From an uncultured bacterium (GTDB taxonomy: Bacteria; Zixibacteria; MSB-5A5; GN15; FEB-12), in the NCBI GenBank assembly GCA_965372795.1, contig CBDVDR010000013.1, forward strand, positions 1 to 64,000: a DNA stretch of 64,000 nucleotides, read 5' to 3'. Within the stretch, counting starts at the first letter, position 1. Each line of letters opens with the position of its first letter. The translations under genes and the position numbers were made by a program. Below, in pieces: positions 38,021-47,088 of this stretch. Under the pieces are notes generated by a model. It worked only from the letters and a program-made list of their open reading frames with translations. It made no database searches and was not told where the DNA came from.

Positions 38021-40057
38021 TTATCGCAAATATATTTCCATCTGAGGATATTCTTTAAGTACGGAATTAATGTATCGCTTATCTAATCCTCTTTCAAGAG
38101 CGAGCTTTAAATTATAAGCCGCTTTTATATAATCTCTTCGTAACAGATAGTACTCCCCTAATTCGGAATAGACATAGTACGGACAATTTTTTAATTGGGA
38201 GGCTTTATCCAGATAGTAAAACCTTTTGTCTTGATCGTTGATTTGCTTATATAACCCGGCTATTCCAAAAAAGTAAACTGCGGTTGTATCATCCAATTTT
38301 AAAGCTTTTAACCAAATATTTTCAGCTTTTTCAACATTACCTTTATTCAAATTAGCAACAGCCATATTGTGCAGAGTGGTAGCATTGTTTGGATTCATAC
38401 CATTGGCAATATTTAGATAGTACATTGCGGAATCGATATTTTGTAAATATAAAAAACAATCTCCAATATTCATATATGCCCCGGCTAGCATCGGATTCAA
38501 TTCGATAACATTTTTATAGATTGAAATTGATTTATAATATTGTCTGGAAGTCTTAAACTCAAGCGCGGTTTTTAGAAGTTCCATCTCCGGATAAAGCTCG
38601 AACCATTTTTGCTGGTACTTTCTAATATTGTTATCATCACCACTATTAGAAATATATTTGAACAAGGTTGTAAACACCGGATTATTTTTCTTAACATCTA
38701 ATTCAATCAGGTTATCAAGTTTCTTAATTGCCATATCCGGTTGGTTTTGAGTGTACACTCGCGGAATTAGTGATAGAACACTAAGGGCAATAACAAAATA
38801 GATTGTCGAAACTGGGATGTGTTTTTTAAACTTAAATTCAAGAAAGGAATAATAAAATAACAGAGACAAAGGAATGCCTGCATAAGAAAACAAATCCCAA
38901 TCACGAGGCATGCCTAATTTAGGATTGAAAATAAAAGCCGCTCCAAAGGCTGATACAATAGTAATAATTAGAAACTTAATTTCAGCTTTTTTAAAATGAA
39001 CCGAGAAATTATTTTTAAATAGAAAAATGAAAAATAAGAGAGGTGGAAATAAAATGAATAATAAATTTATATAATCAACGATATGTTTGAATGAAAAAAG
39101 AGAGTAGCCTTCTACTGTAAACTTATCATTTACAAATGGCATGAATGAGAATCTGAAGAAATAGAAATTTGAATAAAAATATGAAAACATAAATATCAAT
39201 ATCACAGACAATAATAAAGCCATCAAGAGTTTTATTTTCTTACTTTGAGCTGATAATTTTGAATTCATTAATAGTATAAATATAGTGCCGGGTAACAATG
39301 TCACACCCATAATATGAAAAAAGATAGTTAAAACCTGTACGGGAATTATCATCCATTTGTTTATTAATCCTTTAGAAATCAACAACCCTGTTATTGTGTA
39401 AAGCAAAACAGAAAGTACAAAAAGAGAATAAAATTCTACATATCCAAAAAACAATAAAGCATACCCGCCAACCGACATCCCAATCGTAAACAGAAATCTT
39501 TTTTCAATACTGTGAAATAATTTGATAGAACAAATAAAGGATCCGATTATAAACAAAATTCCGCTTAAAATGGAAATTAACTGAAAGCTAAACAGGGCAG
39601 CTTCTTCCCCGGTACCGGTAAGATTTATTACAAATTGATGCACAAGAAATTCACCAATTTCACGTGAGTGCATAAGAGGGTTTTCCGATGACATGATTGA
39701 CAATATTAAATAACCGTCGCCCATGAAAAAAGTTTTCGCTCTGAAAATCACAAAAGAAATTGCGAATAATAACAGAACCGCTATGCCTGTTATGATTGTT
39801 TTGATTTGATATTTATTTTTATTAGTATTTTCAAACGATGCTTCGTTGGTGTCTTTAAAAAATAAAATTAAAAATGGTAGTACCATAAAAATAGTGAAAA
39901 ATAAATTTTTGATTAGCGGAGTTTGAAAAGCCCAATCGTTAAATCCCCATAGCCTGAGTTCGGGGAAAAATGAGCAGGCATATAGAATAGTTACTGAACA
40001 ATAATATAATATTAAAATTTGGGTGTTATTTCTAATTTTTCCGATGTAATTTTGCAT
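38021..40057 (-). CDS. Polytopic membrane protein (GT-C-like) with C-terminal TPR repeats
   Basis: About 12 TM segments with GDGY, FFGYVEFY and RDWDLF loops; TPR-pattern C-terminus. Confidence 0.7.
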   Translation of the reverse strand: MQNYIGKIRNNTQILILYYCSVTILYACSFFPELRLWGFNDWAFQTPLIKNLFFTIFMVLPFLILFFKDTNEASFENTNKNKYQIKTIITGIAVLLLFAISFVIFRAKTFFMGDGYLILSIMSSENPLMHSREIGEFLVHQFVINLTGTGEEAALFSFQLISILSGILFIIGSFICSIKLFHSIEKRFLFTIGMSVGGYALLFFGYVEFYSLFVLSVLLYTITGLLISKGLINKWMIIPVQVLTIFFHIMGVTLLPGTIFILLMNSKLSAQSKKIKLLMALLLSVILIFMFSYFYSNFYFFRFSFMPFVNDKFTVEGYSLFSFKHIVDYINLLFILFPPLLFFIFLFKNNFSVHFKKAEIKFLIITIVSAFGAAFIFNPKLGMPRDWDLFSYAGIPLSLLFYYSFLEFKFKKHIPVSTIYFVIALSVLSLIPRVYTQNQPDMAIKKLDNLIELDVKKNNPVFTTLFKYISNSGDDNNIRKYQQKWFELYPEMELLKTALEFKTSRQYYKSISIYKNVIELNPMLAGAYMNIGDCFLYLQNIDSAMYYLNIANGMNPNNATTLHNMAVANLNKGNVEKAENIWLKALKLDDTTAVYFFGIAGLYKQINDQDKRFYYLDKASQLKNCPYYVYSELGEYYLLRRDYIKAAYNLKLALERGLDKRYINSVLKEYPQMEIYLR

Positions 40058-40157
40058 GATGAGAATTTAAGAAGTTTTTAGAATTCAGCAACTATAATAA
40101 AGTATTGCTTCAAAAGGACCAGTCCGGGTATATCAGGCATAGCCTGTTTGATTTTTC

Positions 40158-40182
40158 GTGGGCGGCAGACGTCCTCGTCTGC
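40158..40182 (+). repeat. GTGG-type REP hairpin
   Basis: GTGGGCGGCAGACG-tcct-CGTCTGC; copies at 49734-49760 and 52128-52154, degenerate copy near 8055-8098 on the minus strand. Confidence 0.75.
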
Positions 40183-40221
40183 ACTTTTTTATCTATGTTT
40201 TTTTCGTGGACGGCAGTTCGA

Positions 40222-40248
40222 GTAGGTCAGGAGCCGTGCGCTCCTGAC
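40222..40248 (+). repeat. GTAG-type REP hairpin
   Basis: GTAG-GTCAGGAGC-cgtgc-GCTCCTGAC. Confidence 0.6.
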
Positions 40249-40289
40249 ATCTTTATTTCTCCATAAACTTCATCAATTTAATTTACCAT

Positions 40290-40462
40290 ACATACGAAGT
40301 ATGCGGAGAAGCAGGGATTCTCCATGCGGCATATTCAGTAACTTGCTGAATAGTAAGTAATTATGCATAAAGCGATAACTTTCAGAATGTTAAGTAGAGT
40401 CAAGTTGAGTTAGCTTCAGTGAAGTAGGTTGTTTGAAAATTGTTTAAAAAAGTGTATGTCAA
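40290..40462. repeat. att-like tRNA-Ser 3' copy plus conserved cassette end A (copy 1)
   Basis: 40290-40320 equals 52421-52451 with 1 mismatch; 40386-40462 is similar to 50132-50228. Confidence 0.85.
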
Positions 40463-40523
40463 GAAACCCCTAATATAGAAACTAGTTGAAATAATTCAAA
40501 TCGTTTCGTGTGAACACCTTTTA

Positions 40524-43500
40524 CTACTTTGATTCAACAGTTTCATTTGGGTGTATTCCATTCGCCAAAATTGATCCCAGATATGACATAGATCTGGCAA
40601 TTCCAAAATTAACGAAATTATTGTACACACCGCTACCTCGTCCATTCCCAAAATTTCTAAATCCAGCTTGCCCTAAAACATCTGCTGCAAAATGAGAACA
40701 GTTGGCACAATCAAAATCAAACGGTTCAACTCCGTTCTGTCTCATTCTTGTATTAGCATATTCCGAAGCTCGACTGGCATTTCTGGAGGAAATCCTTTGA
40801 ACAGAATATTCAAAAGGTCGTGGACCAAATCGCGGGTCAGGACCATAAAATTCAGGTAAACCTTGTTCCATCTTATATGCTGCAACAAGAGAACGATCTT
40901 GAAGCCTCATTGCATTTTTTTCAAAGAAAGTAAAAGTAGAATCAGGATTTTCAACCACGGCTGCTGCATGACCTTCTGCAGTTTGACCTGGTCGTACACT
41001 TCTTGAGAAGCCTATTCCAATTCTTCTTCCGAAAATTGAAGGTACAAAATTCCCCGCTGCATTCCCGATTAAAGTAAATCGGCCCAATCTTGCGTTCCAG
41101 GAATACGATGGTCCCAACCCTCTCATCTGACCGATTCTTGAACCACGTCCAAAAGTTGCACCTCTGACACCCTTGAAACCAAATGGGGCTAAAGATGTAA
41201 CTATATCAAATGTACCTGTTGCATAATTACCTTCAGCTATTCCGGCGACGCCATTTCTTACTCCATAAATTGCCAAAGGTACAGCTAATTCTGGTGCAAC
41301 GACTAAAAGAGGACCAGCTACTACACCAATTCCAGTTGAAATTCCAAACTGCCCCCATTCCCATTCCTCTTGAGAACCTTCTGCAATAGCAATGTGCTGC
41401 CTTGTGGCATTAAGACCGCCTGAGACCAAAGCACCTACAAGCGCAGCTATCGCCAATCCTGCTAAAAATGCTAATTCTCCTTCTGGATCAATTAGATCAA
41501 TCGGATTCTGAGCTACATAAACATATAAAGAAGGCGAGTCTGCATATCCTTTAGGATCAGTTGATAAGTATATCCCATTTACGGGATTCATTAATCTTCG
41601 TTTAGATAGATAAAGACCTACAGAAGAAAGATATCGCTGACCACCAAACACAGGCTCTAATCCGAAAGAGGATGTAAGAATTTTAACTCCGGCGCCATCA
41701 TAAATTTCTGGCTCACCAAAGGACTTGTAACGGTAACTTTCTATTAAATTCCCACCACTATCAGATAAGCCTATTAAATTGAATCGATTATCAAAAAGAG
41801 TATTGTAAGTGTCAGATAAAATATGATGGGATATTGGAACGCCTGTTATTGGATGAGATGTAATTTGTTTGGAAGCAATTCCATTTTCTTTTTCCTGCTC
41901 TACAATACCACCTAAGTAATTAAGGGACAGGATTGGTTTCCCTTGCTCTTTGACAATACTTGGTCTGCCTAAAGCATCATACTCTATTTTACAAACAATA
42001 TTTATACCTGATTTTATTTCAATAATTCGTCCCAAGGCATCAATTTCATAAGTTAACACGCTGTCATTTTGTAGGGAACCATCTGTATGATGAGTGTAAA
42101 TATTTGTGCCATCGGTCTGAATTCTATAGCCGGGAGAATAAGAATAATTCTTATCAGGGACACCTGATTCTGTATATTTCACCCTTGCGTCTGAGTGATT
42201 GTATTCAAAACCTTCTTCGTGTGAAGCTCCTGCTGAAGCTGTTTTGATGGCAGTAATAGCAGCATCGTGTTCTGCTTGTGTAATAGCATTTGATATCACA
42301 GACGCAAAACCGTTTTTCGCTTCAGTAAGCCTGTATTTTTTATCAAAATCGTAGAAACTAAGTTTAGGATTTTGACCTACAATAGCTTCAACCTGTTTTC
42401 TGTTTGCTGTATCATACCGGTACTTTAAATTTTTATTCAAACCTGCCGGACTATTAATCATGGTTTCAACTAATCGTTTTCTCTCATCATATTGATTAAT
42501 AATATTTGTACCGCCCTGATAAGATGCTTCGCCGAAATAGTTACTCCCACTTGGTTTAAAAGATGCTATAGGGCTTGTTCCATTCCCCAGCGTTCCGCCA
42601 ACAGTTTCTTTGATTTCTAACAACACACCATTTAGATCATGTGAATATTCTTCAGTTCGACCATCGGGTAATATTTTTTCAATTGTACCGGCATTATCAT
42701 TATAATGACACGTTACATCGTCTCCATGAGTTTTCTCTAACAGCAATCGGCTAAGACTGTCATATTTTCGATCAACTTTATTTGTCCCAATTTTAGCCAA
42801 CACTAATCGATCTAAACCATCGTAAGCAAATTCATGCGGTTGCACCCCCGTTACAGATGAAGGTGCCCCAGTATTCTTAATATTGATTAACCTATTTGAA
42901 CTATCGTATGTAAATTCAAATTTCACTCCGCTGCTTAATGTCTCTTCTATAACTTGCCCTTTGTCGTCAAATGTTTTGGTACTCGAAAAACCATTCGGGT
43001 AATCTGTTTTGGTTATTCTTCCAACGCCATCCATTTGGTAACTTGAAACCTGGCCGGTTGGGTCAATATATGACGTCAATCTGGACATATTATCTAAGAT
43101 CCATTTATGAGTGATGTTTAATCCGCCGACATCATGAGTTTCTTCAACCTTATTGTTAAACGAATCGTACTTTGTTTGTAGGATAATCCCCAAATAATCC
43201 GAACGACTAACTTGTAAATTTCTGTCATCATATTCTAAGACAAGTTTAGCCCCATCAGGCTCTATCATTTCAACTATTCGGTCTCTTTCATCATAAGTAA
43301 AACTCTTAGTAATAATTGATGTTGTTCCATCAGGTTCGATATGATGATTTTCTACTTGAAAAACATTTCCATTATTATCATAATCAAAATGTTCTTCATT
43401 ACCCAGCGGATCGATTACTTTTGTTACTCTTCCTATCCCGTCATAATGAATTGTTTTGACACCGCTTCTATGGTCAATAATCTTTTCTATTCTGCCTAAC

Positions 43501-46166
43501 TGGTCATGGAAATAGGTCGTTGTCACATCCACCGAAACTGTAGGATCGGCTTCAAAGGATTTAATAGTATCACTTATTTTTCTTCCTCTTTCATCATAAG
43601 CATAACTCTTAAATGCTAATTGTCGAATTATTCCCAAATCATCTTCGCCAATTGCTTTCTCTGATCCCAACAGATCACCCTTCATCCAGTTGTATTTGAT
43701 TTGAGTATCATTAGAAAGAGTCATCTTGACTATTCGAGAAAAACCTTCATATGCATATTTAGTAGTTTGTCCGGTTGAGTTAGTATCCTGGATTAATTTA
43801 CCTGATCTGTCATATACTCTTTTTGATGTAAGTTTAGTGCCATCAAGACTAATCACTTCCTCGCTAATCAGTAAACCGCGCTCATCATAGACTCTCTTAA
43901 TTCGGCTTCCATCCGGGTTTGTTGTTACCAGAGGAAATCCTCTAAAATCTGAACATATTTCTAATTCTTTTGCTTCATCTGTATTACTGCTTAATATATA
44001 CTTTGTTGGAAATCCCAAAACATTTCTTTCAAATTTATCAATGATGTGACTACCGGCTAACGTGCCGTCGGTATAAGTTCCTTTAGGACGCTCATAACTG
44101 CTTACCTTATTATCTGAGTTATAATGAAGATGATATTCAGCCACGTTGCCGTTTATTGCCGGAAGTGTTATTTTCTCAAGCAAACCAAGAGCATTAGTTG
44201 TATTTATGGTTAAATTACCATTACCGTCAGTGCTTTTAATTCCAAATCCAAATACATCATACTTTGTGCCAAATTCAATTGCCATTCCAGTAACATCATT
44301 TACTTGTTTGGATACTCTACCAGCATTATTGCCGGTACTACCATAAGCAATTTCATGCCTGATTCCATCAGGTTGTATTCTTGCTGTTAATTGTCCTTTA
44401 CTATTGTATTCGAATTTACTTATGCCGCTTTGTATTGTTCCATCAGGAAGCGTAACGTCCGGATGATGCAACTCCAATAGTTTGCCTGTATTAGTAGAAG
44501 ATCCGGGATTGATATTAAAATCATATTTGTATTCTGTTAACGAACTTAATTCATTTTTTTCTTCTGTTATTAATTGATAAGTTGCTTCATATTTTGCTCT
44601 CCAAACAATACGACTCGGCGATGGAAAACCTATTGCCGAAGTAAGTTCTCTTTGAAGCATATTTCTTCTCATGCGTGGATCAGTATTCCCAAAATCATAA
44701 GTAATAATTTCCCGGCTCCCATCAGGTTTGGTTATAACTGAAAGATTACCTTGTTCATCAAAATCATACTGCCAGATTACTATTCGAAATGATTTGTCTT
44801 TATTCAACCTGAATCTGCGATCTATTAAATCTCCTCTATAATTGAATGTATAAGTTTCAAGTCCAAAGCCCGGATTCATCACTTCTACACTTACTGCAGG
44901 TATATTTATATAAATAGGATCTGCCGGTACCGATTGAAGTTGAGTATAACGAAATTGAAATAAACAATTACCATACATCTGTTTAGTTAAACGAGCATAA
45001 TGCCATGAGGCGGGATCTTGCTCATACTTATTTTCTAAATATACATTGCCTTCAGAATCTTCTATCCTGAGAATATTATGTCTTAATTCCGGATATTTAA
45101 AAGGTTGCTCATAATGATAAACTCTTGTAATTCCTTCCGGATGGTCTGTAGTCGTCGGACTGTGAACACATTTTAAATGCTGAGTTTGATCATCATGACT
45201 ATATCTGTATTTCCTTCCGGAATGATCTTCTATGGAAACTATACTACTACATTCATTATATTCAAAACGTATGTATCGTTTGTTATCATCAGTAACTGCC
45301 AATAATTTATCATCGGAACCATAGGAATAACTTAATTTATTTCCATATCTATCTTGAGCCCAAATTATCGGAACTCTCTCTCCATCAATCCAACCAGCAG
45401 GACGTTCAAAACGCATTGTTGTACCACCGGGACCCTTTATTTCAAAAGTCTGAGATAAACCTGTTACTCGTTCAAGTTTCTCAAATTTTCCCCTTGGGGG
45501 TTCAAAATTAGCTCCGTCGAATTTAAAAATATCCTCATGCAAATTTCGCCATAATGCTATATCTCCTGTTTTCAATTCTCTAACAAAAAGATTGTGATTG
45601 TGATCCCAGTTCCATCCAAATGGTCCGTAAGATGAAGCACCACTTCTGTAAAATCTGGTTAGTCCCAATGGTAATATTGTATTCGGAATTTCAAGGTCGG
45701 TTTCATTTAAATACAATGCTCCATTAAAAATATCCACCGGATCAGCAGCATCGGTCTGATCCTGGGGTTCTTCATCACTATGTGTAGGATGTGGTTCTCC
45801 ATCTGGAGGACGTTGATCTTCCTCCTCACTACTCGGCGGTGGTGTTGGTGGAGTTGTCGGTGAATCGAGATCGCTACCGACATCGTTTCCGCCGACTCCC
45901 TGAGCGACACCAGAATCTCCCTCATCGCCGGGTGCTGCCTCGTTTGCATTATTTAATATTTGATCTCTATCTAATGGTGCTGACAATGTTTCTGATGGAC
46001 ATAATGATTGAATTAAAGCCCAACTTTCACGCGAACCGGTTCTGGTTGCTGTGGGATCTAAAGCTAATTCCGCATTACTAAAACGAATATGTTCACAAGC
46101 ATCATCGGTTTCAATTGCACGTCCGCCTCCGCCTACTTGACTCATTGGTTGATCGAGTTTTCCCAT
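40524..46166 (-). CDS. Rhs/YD-repeat polymorphic toxin with DUF6531-like N-domain and C-terminal permuted papain-like domain
   Basis: DPVDIFNG...LTRFYRS...FGWNW; many YD repeats; core end YVAQNPIDLIDPEG; GH...NCSHF in the C-terminus. Confidence 0.88.
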   Translation of the reverse strand: MGKLDQPMSQVGGGGRAIETDDACEHIRFSNAELALDPTATRTGSRESWALIQSLCPSETLSAPLDRDQILNNANEAAPGDEGDSGVAQGVGGNDVGSDLDSPTTPPTPPPSSEEEDQRPPDGEPHPTHSDEEPQDQTDAADPVDIFNGALYLNETDLEIPNTILPLGLTRFYRSGASSYGPFGWNWDHNHNLFVRELKTGDIALWRNLHEDIFKFDGANFEPPRGKFEKLERVTGLSQTFEIKGPGGTTMRFERPAGWIDGERVPIIWAQDRYGNKLSYSYGSDDKLLAVTDDNKRYIRFEYNECSSIVSIEDHSGRKYRYSHDDQTQHLKCVHSPTTTDHPEGITRVYHYEQPFKYPELRHNILRIEDSEGNVYLENKYEQDPASWHYARLTKQMYGNCLFQFRYTQLQSVPADPIYINIPAVSVEVMNPGFGLETYTFNYRGDLIDRRFRLNKDKSFRIVIWQYDFDEQGNLSVITKPDGSREIITYDFGNTDPRMRRNMLQRELTSAIGFPSPSRIVWRAKYEATYQLITEEKNELSSLTEYKYDFNINPGSSTNTGKLLELHHPDVTLPDGTIQSGISKFEYNSKGQLTARIQPDGIRHEIAYGSTGNNAGRVSKQVNDVTGMAIEFGTKYDVFGFGIKSTDGNGNLTINTTNALGLLEKITLPAINGNVAEYHLHYNSDNKVSSYERPKGTYTDGTLAGSHIIDKFERNVLGFPTKYILSSNTDEAKELEICSDFRGFPLVTTNPDGSRIKRVYDERGLLISEEVISLDGTKLTSKRVYDRSGKLIQDTNSTGQTTKYAYEGFSRIVKMTLSNDTQIKYNWMKGDLLGSEKAIGEDDLGIIRQLAFKSYAYDERGRKISDTIKSFEADPTVSVDVTTTYFHDQLGRIEKIIDHRSGVKTIHYDGIGRVTKVIDPLGNEEHFDYDNNGNVFQVENHHIEPDGTTSIITKSFTYDERDRIVEMIEPDGAKLVLEYDDRNLQVSRSDYLGIILQTKYDSFNNKVEETHDVGGLNITHKWILDNMSRLTSYIDPTGQVSSYQMDGVGRITKTDYPNGFSSTKTFDDKGQVIEETLSSGVKFEFTYDSSNRLINIKNTGAPSSVTGVQPHEFAYDGLDRLVLAKIGTNKVDRKYDSLSRLLLEKTHGDDVTCHYNDNAGTIEKILPDGRTEEYSHDLNGVLLEIKETVGGTLGNGTSPIASFKPSGSNYFGEASYQGGTNIINQYDERKRLVETMINSPAGLNKNLKYRYDTANRKQVEAIVGQNPKLSFYDFDKKYRLTEAKNGFASVISNAITQAEHDAAITAIKTASAGASHEEGFEYNHSDARVKYTESGVPDKNYSYSPGYRIQTDGTNIYTHHTDGSLQNDSVLTYEIDALGRIIEIKSGINIVCKIEYDALGRPSIVKEQGKPILSLNYLGGIVEQEKENGIASKQITSHPITGVPISHHILSDTYNTLFDNRFNLIGLSDSGGNLIESYRYKSFGEPEIYDGAGVKILTSSFGLEPVFGGQRYLSSVGLYLSKRRLMNPVNGIYLSTDPKGYADSPSLYVYVAQNPIDLIDPEGELAFLAGLAIAALVGALVSGGLNATRQHIAIAEGSQEEWEWGQFGISTGIGVVAGPLLVVAPELAVPLAIYGVRNGVAGIAEGNYATGTFDIVTSLAPFGFKGVRGATFGRGSRIGQMRGLGPSYSWNARLGRFTLIGNAAGNFVPSIFGRRIGIGFSRSVRPGQTAEGHAAAVVENPDSTFTFFEKNAMRLQDRSLVAAYKMEQGLPEFYGPDPRFGPRPFEYSVQRISSRNASRASEYANTRMRQNGVEPFDFDCANCSHFAADVLGQAGFRNFGNGRGSGVYNNFVNFGIARSMSYLGSILANGIHPNETVESK

Positions 46167-46174
46167 TTAGTACC

Positions 46175-47065
46175 TCACTTTGAAACTGCAACAACAATTG
46201 CCCTTTCTCCATCCCAAACCACGTCCCCTTCATTGACATTAATGGTTGGAATATGAGATATACATTTTGAAGCACTTGTTATAAATAAATCTATATTATT
46301 TTTTATTTTGTTCTGTTCATCTTCTGAAAATCTTCTCCCATATATTGAAAAGATTTGTGCTGGGTTATTTTCTTTTGTAAGAAATCTCTCAACTAGAAGA
46401 TATTCGTTCATTCCATTTTGATTATTGCTCACCTCATGAATTTCATAAGAATTTTCTATAAATTCATTTCTTGTAACTACAACTTTATAAGGTTTATCAC
46501 AGTTGTTAAGAAGTATCTTTCGAATATCATAAACCTCGGCCATATTCACATTGGGACATTGATTACTTATCGATTGCATTATTTCAGAGGTTTCTTTTAA
46601 TTCGATACCTGCTTCATAGTCCCTGGCTACATTAATTATGAACTGAATTTCTTTTGAACTTGAATCAACAAATGAAACATTCCAAACACTCGAGGTATGT
46701 CCCTCTTTAATGTTCCATATCTCACAATCAGCTATTTCTTCCGTTAATAACTTATCGAAATAATTCACCATGTAGAGTTTGACACAAATAGCAGATTGAC
46801 CAAATGTTAAAGTTTTGCATTCTGCCGCATATTTACAAAGCAGTAATAAATCTTCAGAATTTAAATCACTATTTAAATTCTCACGTTCCAATGACACAGC
46901 ATTATTATACCAAACCTCATTGGATACATTACTATCTATTAATTTATTAAGCAGCCCTCTACTGATAATTCCATGAAATGGCATGGTTGAATTTTCCTCA
47001 ACCATGCCGTTTTCTGACAACATAAATGACGTTTTATCAGGACCGAAGAAAAAATTGAAATCCAT
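46175..47065 (-). CDS. Hypothetical protein (weak kinase-like features)
   Basis: 296-aa ORF tightly spaced between neighbours; EGHTSSVW resembles a Gly-rich loop. Confidence 0.7.
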   Translation of the reverse strand: MDFNFFFGPDKTSFMLSENGMVEENSTMPFHGIISRGLLNKLIDSNVSNEVWYNNAVSLERENLNSDLNSEDLLLLCKYAAECKTLTFGQSAICVKLYMVNYFDKLLTEEIADCEIWNIKEGHTSSVWNVSFVDSSSKEIQFIINVARDYEAGIELKETSEIMQSISNQCPNVNMAEVYDIRKILLNNCDKPYKVVVTRNEFIENSYEIHEVSNNQNGMNEYLLVERFLTKENNPAQIFSIYGRRFSEDEQNKIKNNIDLFITSASKCISHIPTINVNEGDVVWDGERAIVVAVSK

Positions 47066-47088
47066 TGTTATTCCAATAGTATCTATGG

